32,000 nt of DNA from NCBI RefSeq assembly GCF_002075285.3, contig NZ_CP021983.2:4410001-4442000 (forward strand). The letters run 5' to 3'. Numbering within the stretch: position 1 is the first letter of the stretch; each line of letters starts with the position of its first letter. The position numbers were made by a program, and so were the translations under genes. The notes beneath the pieces were generated by a model, which was given only the letters and a program-made list of their open reading frames with translations, had not been told where the DNA came from and did not search any database. The stretch comes from Halomicronema hongdechloris C2206. GTDB taxonomy: Bacteria > Cyanobacteriota > Cyanobacteriia > Phormidesmidales > Phormidesmidaceae. This document shows positions 1 through 7,289 of the stretch, piece after piece.

Positions 1-1
1 C

Positions 2-283
2 CTAGGCGTCGGTAATGGAGACATGGACGTGCAGGCCAACAGAGGCCAGCAGTTGGATCAGCTGTTCCACACTGAAGCGGCTAATTTCACCATTCATCAG
101 GTTCTGGATGCGGGGCAAAGGTTGTTTCAACCGCATAGCCGCTTGCTCTGGGGTCCATCCCTGTTGTTGGATGTAGCGCTGTAGCCCTAGCATCAGGTCA
201 GTGCGAATTTGCAGACTGCGGGCCTCTGCGATCGCAAGTTCCGAAATTCCCTGCAGTGATTGCAGGTCTTGAACGGGTATCAT
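2..283 (-). CDS. XRE-family helix-turn-helix protein, antitoxin-like; no partner toxin visible in the window
   Basis: 93-aa ORF with ATG at 283 and TAG at 2-4. The C-terminal half (WTPEQAAMRLKQPLPRIQNLMNGEISRFSVEQLIQLL) reads as an XRE-type HTH of the small HigA/COG5606-like regulators. Confidence 0.7.
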   Translation of the reverse strand: MIPVQDLQSLQGISELAIAEARSLQIRTDLMLGLQRYIQQQGWTPEQAAMRLKQPLPRIQNLMNGEISRFSVEQLIQLLASVGLHVHVSITDA

Positions 284-381
284 AGCAAGTTCTGCCTGAG
301 CGGAATAAATGCAGCGAGTGCACCACCATCTTAGGGGATGTGATAACGTCGATAACCTGCTTCTGCATTTTCCTTAATACT

Positions 382-1311
382 ATGCTTGATAACTTTTCCC
401 TCATGATTCACGGGGGCGCTGGCGCCCTAGAGCACATCAAACGGGAAGGCAGTGAAACTGATTTTATTCATAGTATTCGCCGCATTTTAGAAGCGGGACG
501 CCAGATTTTGGCAGCAGAGGGAACCGCCTTGGATGCCGTAGAATACTGCGCCGCCGCCCTAGAAGATGATCCCCTCTACAACGCCGGGCATGGTTCGGTA
601 CTCAACGAGTATGGCGAAGTCGAAATGGACGCCGCTATTATGCACGGGCATGGCTTACAGGCAGGAGCAGTGGCCGGAGTCACCAACATCAAAAACCCCA
701 TTCGTCTGGCCCGGCAGGTGCTGGAGAAAAGCGAGCATGTGATGCTGGTGGGCAAAGGCGCCATGGAGTTTGCCAAGCTCTGGGGCATTCCCATGATGAC
801 CGATGACTACTTCGTCATCACTTCCCGCATTCAGCAATGGCGAGAGGCCCAAAAGGCCGGTGGCATGATGCTGGATCACGAAGATGCCGAACCCCAGCGT
901 AAATTCGGTACCATCGGCGCCGTCGCCTGGGACTGTCAGGGTCACCTGGCCGCCGCCACCTCCACTGGCGGCATCGTCAACAAGCGCTGGGGCCGCGTCG
1001 GCGACAGCCCCATCATTGGGGCCGGGGTATTCGCAGACAATACCACCTGCGCCGTATCAGCCACCGGCTATGGAGAACAGTTTCAGCGCACTGTGCTGAG
1101 CAAGATGATCTCCGACTTCATCTATTTCAAAGGCATGACCGCCCCAGAAGCCGCCGCTGCCGGGATTCAGTACCTAGTAGAGACGCTCAACGGCCTAGGG
1201 GGCGTCATCGTTATCGACCGCCAGGGACGCTGCGCTGCCGGTCATTCCACCTCCGGCATGATCTACGGCTATATCCAACAGGGCCGGGAAAGTATCTGCC
1301 GATTGTCATGA
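382..1311 (+). CDS. iaaA: isoaspartyl peptidase / plant-type L-asparaginase (Ntn hydrolase)
   Basis: MIHGGAG N-terminus, NAGHGS, the autoprocessing/nucleophile motif GTIGAVA, and GGIVNKRWGRVGDSPIIGAG. The track ORF opens at a GTG (340), so the ATG at 382 (MLDNFSLMIHGG) is the more likely start. Confidence 0.9.
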   Translation: MLDNFSLMIHGGAGALEHIKREGSETDFIHSIRRILEAGRQILAAEGTALDAVEYCAAALEDDPLYNAGHGSVLNEYGEVEMDAAIMHGHGLQAGAVAGVTNIKNPIRLARQVLEKSEHVMLVGKGAMEFAKLWGIPMMTDDYFVITSRIQQWREAQKAGGMMLDHEDAEPQRKFGTIGAVAWDCQGHLAAATSTGGIVNKRWGRVGDSPIIGAGVFADNTTCAVSATGYGEQFQRTVLSKMISDFIYFKGMTAPEAAAAGIQYLVETLNGLGGVIVIDRQGRCAAGHSTSGMIYGYIQQGRESICRLS

Positions 1312-1338
1312 ACGCCCCTGGGCTACCTAACCGATGAC

Positions 1339-1358
1339 AGCCGCTACAGGAAGCGGCT
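1339..1358. terminator. 7-bp stem hairpin (AGCCGCT-ACAGGA-AGCGGCT) 28 nt after the iaaA stop
   Basis: Perfect inverted repeat read directly from the sequence. There is no U-tract, so it is a weak intrinsic-terminator candidate. Confidence 0.3.
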
Positions 1359-1479
1359 AGCCATGTTCATCATGTCGCCCATATTCACATCACTATCGCC
1401 ATCGGCATCCAAAAAGGCATTGAGAACAGGGTTATCCCCTTGATTCCCCTGGAACGAATCGCACACGTTGCCTATCACC

Positions 1480-1550
1480 CGCCGCAGATAACCTCGAATA
1501 CCCAACCGTCACCTTTTAATGGTCGGATGCATGGGTGTTGTTATACGGCG
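1480..1550 (-). other. attC-like imperfect hairpin no. 1 (recombination-site candidate)
   Basis: The arms CGCCGCAGATAACC...ACCCAACCG (left) and GTCGGATGCATGGGTGTTGTTATACGGCG (right) pair with bulges. It lies 4 nt 3' of the YgiT-type gene stop and shares its right-arm sequence with the sites at 3917-3945 and 6320-6347. Confidence 0.35.
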
Positions 1551-1554
1551 TTGG

Positions 1555-1797
1555 CTATGCTGATTCTAGATGAGTAACCGGAATTTGTTCGGTTCTCTCA
1601 GGAGCTTTCGCTCCAGTTGCAACTGCATGAACTGCATGAAGAATATTGGCTGAGTAGTACCGATTGCCACAAGTATCACAAACACCGATCGTTACATCTT
1701 CGAGGATGACAAATCCATCTCTATGTTTGAATGCCTCACGTTTGACAGTTCGGGGTTGAACAGTTCCTTCGCAATACTCACATTTGTATCCGTACAT
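1555..1797 (-). CDS. YgiT-type zinc-finger protein (MqsA-like antitoxin N-domain)
   Basis: 80 aa beginning MYGYKCEYCEG. Two CxxC pairs (CEYC ... CDTC) have the spacing typical of YgiT zinc fingers. It starts 3 nt after the upstream DUF4258 gene. Confidence 0.8.
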   Translation of the reverse strand: MYGYKCEYCEGTVQPRTVKREAFKHRDGFVILEDVTIGVCDTCGNRYYSANILHAVHAVATGAKAPERTEQIPVTHLESA

Positions 1798-1800
1798 ACG

Positions 1801-2040
1801 TTAGCCCTCAAGTTCAGTGACTTCATAAACCGTGATGATTAAATAGCGTCCGGTACTAGCGAAACGTCCAACCATGCCAACAGGTGTTCGTTGATCTAGC
1901 GCATTTCCCACTACTACATATTTTGTGCCTCTGGGGTCATCCTTTTCAACCTGGATAACTCGACCGTTCAAAACGGCCTCTTCCACATCTAAAATAGTCA
2001 GCATATCCTCAGCCATCTCTTCCATTGCGTGGGCTGACAC
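1801..2040 (-). CDS. DUF4258-type toxin, partner of the YgiT antitoxin; the 5' end abuts a MITE
   Basis: SAHAMEEMAEDML..VEEAVLNG..I...DDPRG resembles the DUF4258 'HA...M..R.I' N-terminus, but only about 2 residues precede it. The only start in the track is a GTG at 2040 that overlaps the MITE end, with internal ATGs at 2025 and 2016. Confidence 0.7.
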   Translation of the reverse strand: MSAHAMEEMAEDMLTILDVEEAVLNGRVIQVEKDDPRGTKYVVVGNALDQRTPVGMVGRFASTGRYLIITVYEVTELEG

Positions 2041-2159
2041 TCATTGACTGACAAAACCGGCTAGAACCCAGACTATCCAAAGGGTCAGGGAACCTGCCCC
2101 CTACAGCATCCGAAATCTGGTAAGGGCGCGGTTTCCGCGCCCAATGCAGAATCTTTTGT
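2040..2159. mobile_element. MITE copy 1, right terminal inverted repeat truncated
   Basis: About 120 bp, nearly identical (2 substitutions seen) to 27219-27340. It carries the left TIR TTGACTGACAAAA and the internal hairpin GGGCGCGG-TTT-CCGCGCCC. The right end stops at CTTTTGT without CAGTCAA. Confidence 0.7.
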
Positions 2160-2407
2160 TCCTCAAGAACGGCTCGAAGATCATCTATTTCCTTCACAGA
2201 ACGAGCTGCCAGGCAATCGAGTATCCACTTTTGTTGCGCCTGAACGTATCCCCATATAAAAGTCAGAATGATAGTCAAAACAATAAGAGCTCCGATCACA
2301 GGCAGGTTTGGTGTAGTCTTTTAGTATAATACTCCAACAACAGCCATAATTACAGATTCAAAAACAAGGAAGAAGTTTAGACGCTCATTGAAATAGTGTT
2401 CTCATGC

Positions 2408-3693
2408 GGGGACCTCGATTAATCAGTTTTCTTTAGCTAATGGCGTCTCATTTGAGACCGTCAAGGTGACTCAAAGAGAGTCCGAGACATTCCACCGAAA
2501 AAAGCTTCCCATTTTGACAAAAAAATAGGGTTGGAAGACCACGTTTAAGTCGATTTCCCGGCTTTAGGTCCGATTATCTTGCCAGTTCAGCCGATGCAGC
2601 ACGTTGGGTTTCGAGACACACAAACCGCTTCAGGTTATACACCAGATTTTTCAGACCTAGCTGGGTCTGGGCACGGGCTAACCCGATGCTGCGCACCACC
2701 TTGCCACCCATGCTGGTGACGACATCTCCGAAGATGTGCTCCACTCTGGCACGGGTTTTGGAGCGCTCTCGATTCGCGGTTTTCTGGGCCTCGCTTAAGG
2801 GGCGATTGCGATAGGCCCGTTCATTTATATGCGGCTCAAACCCTATCAATTTCAGCACCTCGACAATCAGCACGGAGAGATACGCACTATCGGCCCAAAG
2901 TCCATCGCCGCTATTATCCGCATCGAGCAACTCGCCCAAGACCTGCGAGTCATGGACCGACGCATCGGTGACGCTGTAACGGCGAATGAGCTTAAAGCCG
3001 GCATCACTATTGATGTGGTTTTTGTAGCCGTAGTGGGACGTTCCATTTTTCTTCGTCCATCGGGCGTCAACATCTTTTTGCGCGAGCTGATGAGGGGTCT
3101 CTTGCCACTCAACGGGAACCTCACCCTGCTTGAGGGTTTGGTTCTCCTCACGGGTGTTGCGTTGTTTGGGAACTGGAATCAAGGTCGCATCCACAATTTG
3201 CCCATCCTTGGCGGCATAGCCTGCCCCTTGCAGATAGGCTCCAAACTGCTCGAACAACGCCTCCACCAAGCCGTGCTGCTGCAACTGTTCTCGGAAGAGC
3301 CACACCGTCGTTGCATCCGGGACTCTATCCTCAAGCCCCAAACCGAGAAATTGCATGAAGGACAGTCGGTCGTTGACCTGATATTCCAGTTCGTCATCGC
3401 TGATGTTGTATAGCTTTTGCAGCACCAGCATCTTGAAGAGTAACAGGACATCGGTGGGGTTACGACCGGCCTGGCTTTTGCGCGGTTTCTCTCGAATCTG
3501 CATCAGAATCGGACGAAAGGTCTCCCACGGCACCAGTTGATTCAACCGATTCAGTACCGCCTTCTTTTGCTCCAGTTTTTGCTGGCGCTCTTCGATATCC
3601 CAGAATCCCTGCTGTCCCATGGCCTGCGTGCTTCAACAAAACCGACCTTATGATCTCATACTGAGATCGCTCTGGCTATTTTTCGAGGTGCCC
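2408..3693 (-). mobile_element. IS5-family insertion sequence, apparently intact
   Basis: Imperfect terminal inverted repeats GGGGACCTCGATTAATCAG (2408-2426) and the reverse complement of 3675-3693, GGGCACCTCGAAAAATAGC. A 4-bp direct repeat ATGC flanks it at 2404-2407 and 3694-3697. It contains a single transposase ORF. Confidence 0.85.
2574..3620 (-). CDS. IS5-family DDE transposase
   Basis: 348 aa. The N-terminal DUF772-like segment is LLFKMLVLQKLYNISDDELEYQVNDRLSFMQFLGL. The DDE region is IVDATLI ... WADSAY ... RARVEHIFG. Confidence 0.92.
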   Translation of the reverse strand: MGQQGFWDIEERQQKLEQKKAVLNRLNQLVPWETFRPILMQIREKPRKSQAGRNPTDVLLLFKMLVLQKLYNISDDELEYQVNDRLSFMQFLGLGLEDRVPDATTVWLFREQLQQHGLVEALFEQFGAYLQGAGYAAKDGQIVDATLIPVPKQRNTREENQTLKQGEVPVEWQETPHQLAQKDVDARWTKKNGTSHYGYKNHINSDAGFKLIRRYSVTDASVHDSQVLGELLDADNSGDGLWADSAYLSVLIVEVLKLIGFEPHINERAYRNRPLSEAQKTANRERSKTRARVEHIFGDVVTSMGGKVVRSIGLARAQTQLGLKNLVYNLKRFVCLETQRAASAELAR

Positions 3694-3853
3694 ATGCAAA
3701 ATATGCTCAAGCAAGCTGTAGGACTGCTTATTATTATGTTCATCAGACATTACCAATAACCTCAAGACACTATATCAATAGTAACTTCAAAAGATTTTAA
3801 CCCCTTATCACTAAAAAATAATCTTCAAGCACTGCCTTACCGATAAGTGGAGT

Positions 3854-3945
3854 CGTATAACGTTCCGGTTGAGCGGCTACCGATAGCATATGCCATAATA
3901 CCGACCAACTTTGTTAGTCCGCTCCAATCGGGTTGTTATGCGGCG
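3854..3945 (-). other. attC-like imperfect hairpin no. 2
   Basis: Left arm CGTATAACGTTCCGGTTGAGCGG and right arm GTCCGCTCCAATCGGGTTGTTATGCGGCG, with ATAAC/GTTAT and GAGCGG/CCGCTC pairing and bulges between. It lies 24 nt 3' of the PIN gene stop. Confidence 0.35.
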
Positions 3946-3969
3946 CTTTTTCAAGCATTGAGTTGCTTA

Positions 3970-4383
3970 TCACTGAACTTGAATGACATCAAAAGTCCCC
4001 TGATTTTCAATGCGATAGAACAGGAAATCTGAATCGAGTGTGAGAATTCGCCGGAAATTCGTCCTCTCAGCTACCAGCACCAATGACGCATCAGCCAAGT
4101 CCATTGGTCGATCTTGATACTGCTCCATCAGCTCTAATAAACGGGAGTAGTATTGCTCTTGAATTTCGTAAATCACCAAAAGCTTATCTAAGAGCAGTTG
4201 CCCTAGCTGTTTTTGCATCGTCCACCCGCCTCGATGAAGAGCTAAATACATAGCTTCTGTGAAACAAGACCAAGTTGTGAGAAGAGGTGAAGCAATCCGC
4301 CTTACAGCATTTCGGTAAGCTGAGTGTTTTGGCTGAGTGCGATCAACTAAACAAAGCAAAACTCCTGCATCACAAAGAATCAC
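3970..4383 (-). CDS. PIN-domain toxin (VapC-like)
   Basis: 137 aa with the acidic quartet in PIN order: ILCDAG, FTEAMY, LADASLV, TLDSDF. The GTG start overlaps the upstream stop (GTGA). Confidence 0.85.
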   Translation of the reverse strand: MILCDAGVLLCLVDRTQPKHSAYRNAVRRIASPLLTTWSCFTEAMYLALHRGGWTMQKQLGQLLLDKLLVIYEIQEQYYSRLLELMEQYQDRPMDLADASLVLVAERTNFRRILTLDSDFLFYRIENQGTFDVIQVQ

Positions 4384-4640
4384 AATTCTAGACCCTGCTG
4401 CCGATATTTGGATACCAGATGTTGTTGATAGTCGCTAACTGAGTCGGTTGACGTGACTTCTAGATGATCAACAGACTCGAACCACCTTGTCCACGCTTGA
4501 GCCAACTCATCTTTACGATCATCAGTGATAGTGCTATGCCGACGCCGATACATCAAAAAATCTATAAAATCATTGACTTGTTGAAGAAGCGAATCAGGTA
4601 GTTGCTGCAATTTAGCAATAGCAGTTTCACGAATCGTCAT
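4380..4640 (-). CDS. VapB-like antitoxin (DUF2281-type)
   Basis: MTIRETAIAKLQQLPDSLLQQVNDFIDFLMYR matches the '..LP...L.EV.DFI.FL' signature. The ATG at 4640 overlaps the CHAT-TPR stop (ATGA). The track ORF begins further upstream at 4658. Confidence 0.65.
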   Translation of the reverse strand: MTIRETAIAKLQQLPDSLLQQVNDFIDFLMYRRRHSTITDDRKDELAQAWTRWFESVDHLEVTSTDSVSDYQQHLVSKYRQQGLEL

Positions 4641-6142
4641 GAGAGTAACCACCTCCAAAATCCTTTACGGTCTTCTTCAATCTGTCTTTCAATTTGTTTT
4701 ACTTTCTCAAGGGCACTACAGTAACTTTCAATATCTTTCTTCCGTTTGTACAAAGATGCAGCCTCTTGATAGTCTGCAATAGCGCTCTGCCTATTCTGGT
4801 TTTCATTCAGAAAATAGTTCTTCGTCATTCCTCGAATTTCATAGGCAAAGGCAAAGCTAGGCTTGAGACAAATAACCTCAGTAAAATCTGCTATCGCACC
4901 TTGAAAATCCTGTACTTGAAACTTTGCTATTCCACGCGCCAAATGAGCCTTTGTACAGGCCGGTTGAAGACGAATAGCCTCATCAAGATCTTCGATAGCA
5001 CTCTGATGATCTTCTAATCTATCTTTAGTTCTTCCACGATCACAGAAATTACAAGAATAATCTGGTCGAAGACGAATCGCTTCATTGAAATCTTCGATAG
5101 CTTCTTGGTATTTCCTTAAATGATGCTTTACTTTTCCACGGCAGTTGTAAGCGTGGAAGTTATTTGGTTGAAGATGAATTGCTTCACTGAAATCTAGAAT
5201 CGCGCCTCGAAAATCTCGGCAATCTTTCAATTGATCTCTTGCCTTTCCTCGATCTATGTAGAGGTCTGGATTATTTGGTTGAAAACTAATAGCTGTTGTA
5301 TAGTCACCAATCGCGCCCTCGTAATCCTCCAACCGACTTTTTGCCAATCCACAAGCTCTGTAGGCTTTGGCATAATCTGGCTGGAGACAAATAGCTTCTT
5401 GAAAATCTATAATCGCCCCCTGATAATTGCCTGCCTTGTATTTCTCTTTTCCCCGTTCAAAAAAGTCTTCCGCAGTCAATGATTCTGTAGTTTTGGGAAG
5501 TTCCTCAGCAGCTTGCTTAAAAGGGAAAGTTCTCAAATCGAGATTTTGATTCTCTACATCTTCATGCCCAATTTTTTTTGCGAAAAGGACTGGAGTTAAG
5601 TGTTCTGGAATGCCCTCTAGCTGAATCGCATTACAACCCAGTTCATAGGCAAATTCAACTGATTCTCCAGCTCCTAATGCAGTGTAGAAACCGACAGAAA
5701 ATTCAATTGCTGCACGATCACCAATTGCCTGATTCATCCCAATCACGTAATCAATGTGTTGTGCGATCGCCTCAGCTTGAAACTCTGAGTAGCAGGCATT
5801 CAGAACAACGCACTCTACATGATTAGAAAAAAGTTTGAATAAGTTAGCTAACGCATCTGAGCCAATCAGCTTAAGATTTCCTGCCACATCCTCAAAAGCC
5901 AAACCATCTTTCCCTGAACCATGACCTGTGAAATGAACGACCTGTGGCTTAAAGTCCAGCATCGCTTGTTGAATATCTCTTGTACGAGTGGCTCCAGTCG
6001 AGTTAATCGGTACTTTGCCATATCCAGCTAGACGGAGACGCTCCTTAATTTCTCTCTCTTCTTCTTGCAGACGCAAGCTTCCTGTTCCCTTGGGGTTCGC
6101 AGCCAGCAGTAAGATCGATTTTGAGACGACGCCGTCATTCAT
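4637..6142 (-). CDS. CHAT (caspase-like) protease domain fused to about 7 TPR repeats
   Basis: 501 aa. The N-terminal ~190 aa carry a His/Cys dyad context, VVHFTGHGS and VECVVLNACYS, followed by YVIGM..IGD..AIEFSVGFY. The C-terminal part has repeated ..AI.DF.EAI.L.P.. TPR units. Confidence 0.85.
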   Translation of the reverse strand: MNDGVVSKSILLLAANPKGTGSLRLQEEEREIKERLRLAGYGKVPINSTGATRTRDIQQAMLDFKPQVVHFTGHGSGKDGLAFEDVAGNLKLIGSDALANLFKLFSNHVECVVLNACYSEFQAEAIAQHIDYVIGMNQAIGDRAAIEFSVGFYTALGAGESVEFAYELGCNAIQLEGIPEHLTPVLFAKKIGHEDVENQNLDLRTFPFKQAAEELPKTTESLTAEDFFERGKEKYKAGNYQGAIIDFQEAICLQPDYAKAYRACGLAKSRLEDYEGAIGDYTTAISFQPNNPDLYIDRGKARDQLKDCRDFRGAILDFSEAIHLQPNNFHAYNCRGKVKHHLRKYQEAIEDFNEAIRLRPDYSCNFCDRGRTKDRLEDHQSAIEDLDEAIRLQPACTKAHLARGIAKFQVQDFQGAIADFTEVICLKPSFAFAYEIRGMTKNYFLNENQNRQSAIADYQEAASLYKRKKDIESYCSALEKVKQIERQIEEDRKGFWRWLLS

Positions 6143-6257
6143 GAGAGTTTGGCAGGGCAGAGGGCGAATTGACTCTACTCAATTGTATGCCAGACGGAGG
6201 AATTATCCTTTGGCACCGTGAGAACATTGAAACAGCATCCCCACAGGTAGCCTCGAG

Positions 6258-6347
6258 CCGCATAACGGCTGAGTTCAGCGGCGGTAGAAACATTGAAACG
6301 AAGCAAAAGTTGCCAGTCTGTCCGATGCACGCAAGGGTTAGCTGGCG
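6258..6347 (-). other. attC-like imperfect hairpin no. 3 (weakest of the three)
   Basis: Left arm CCGCATAACGGCTGAGTTCAGCGG and right arm GTCCGATGCACGCAAGGGTTAGCTGGCG. It lies 51 nt 3' of the globin-fragment stop. Pairing is poorer, and the loop carries one copy of the 11-bp direct repeat AACATTGAAAC (6223-6233 and 6289-6299). Confidence 0.25.
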
Positions 6348-6398
6348 ATCATTGAAGCAATGGAAGTGATCGAGTAAGAAAATGTTGAGCTTCCTCTG

Positions 6399-6737
6399 TC
6401 AACCCAATCTACAAGATTGGCGATTGTACTCAATCTCTACCCCCATTTGTTGTGCTCGCTTCACATGGGCAGGAATCATGACTGAACAGATTAGTGACCA
6501 AAGCTCAACCCATGCTGCTTTAGTATCATCATTAAACCGATCCCCTAGCATTCTTTCAAAAGTTGTAACAATAGCTAGCCCCACTGGACTATAGTGCTTA
6601 GCCTTTGTTTGATACTGAACATGACGCTCTGCTAAATCCTGTAAAATTGGGATGAGTTCTGGATCGATTTCTAGACGTTCTTCTCCCAGCATCTCATCGA
6701 ATGTGCCTGGTAATAAGCTTAAAGCAGCATCAACCAT
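6399..6737 (-). pseudogene. 5'-truncated globin-domain gene (E-H helices only)
   Basis: MVDAALSLL..(F-helix) ILQDLAERHVQY .. KHYSPVGLAIVTTFERMLGDRF..AAWVELWSLICSVMI aligns by eye with the C-terminal two thirds of bacterial globins. The roughly 50 N-terminal residues (A-C helices) are absent. The ORF upstream of 6737 is non-globin read-through. Confidence 0.6.
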
Positions 6738-7086
6738 TTGTGTTTCCCTCCTGGAAGCGGTCAGTGGATCCACGCTCTCAGGTGGTAGGGCGTCATCATG
6801 TCTATGAGCAATCGGTGCAGCGGGCCGTGAAGCAGGCGATTCAACCAGCTGGTATTGCTAAGCATGGTGGGTGCCACACGTTTCGTCATAGTTTTGCCAC
6901 CCACCTGCTGGAAGATGGTTACGATATTCGCACCGTGCAGGAGCTGCTGGGGCATAAAGATGTGAAAACCACCATGATTTATACCAAAGGCATTTCAGAG
7001 CACGAGACAACATTGTCAGGTCTGAAATGCCTTCGAATGGGCTGAATCGGGGTGGGCAAGGCGTGCGGAGTCCGCTAGATAGCTAA
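6737..7086 (+). pseudogene. intI: integron-type tyrosine recombinase (IntI) remnant: 5'-truncated, with a frame break near the catalytic Tyr
   Basis: [74 protein letters not shown]. After a 56-bp hairpin-containing insertion the reading continues in another frame as [14 protein letters not shown]-stop (7042-7086). The DPRS..V.RHH segment is the IntI-specific insertion absent from XerC/D. Confidence 0.78.
6989..7031. repeat. perfect 11-bp-stem hairpin inside the intI remnant
   Basis: GGCATTTCAGA (6989-6999) and TCTGAAATGCC (7021-7031) are separated by a 21-nt loop. The hairpin sits exactly where the HV codons of MIYTHVLNRGG are expected. Confidence 0.6.
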
Positions 7087-7289
7087 CTCCCTATTCAGCA
7101 ACTACTAGTGCAAAGGCATGGCGGGACAAAAGTCTACCGTACGTTCCAAGGCATCACTATCCAGCATAATTTTCATGAGATGGTTGCTGTGCGATCGCAC
7201 AAAAAGACGCAAAGATCACGACCTTACTGATCGCCTGAGAAGTGCGGTTGGCCAAGGGCTTGGGAATTCTCGGTCCCTGGCATGGGAAA

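Noticed and set aside
1330-1480. A short minus-strand frame ending ..NPVLNAFLDADGDSDVNMGDMMNMASRFL-stop
   Set aside because: It is below the ORF-track threshold, has no clear start and overlaps the left arm of attC-like hairpin 1. It may be a gene fragment, but I cannot support it.
2829-3413. 194-aa plus-strand ORF inside the IS5 element
   Set aside because: It is antisense to the intact DDE transposase, and IS5 elements of this size encode a single transposase.
2377-3750. 27-aa ORF (MSDEHNNKQSYSLLEHILHENTISMSV) reconstituted when the IS5 and one ATGC copy are removed
   Set aside because: It is too short and featureless to call a gene. An open frame of this length in AT-rich DNA is expected by chance.
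4694-5826. Several 80-107-aa plus-strand ORFs with internally repetitive sequence
   Set aside because: They mirror the TPR-repeat periodicity of the CHAT-TPR gene on the other strand. They are AT-rich antisense frames and not independent genes.
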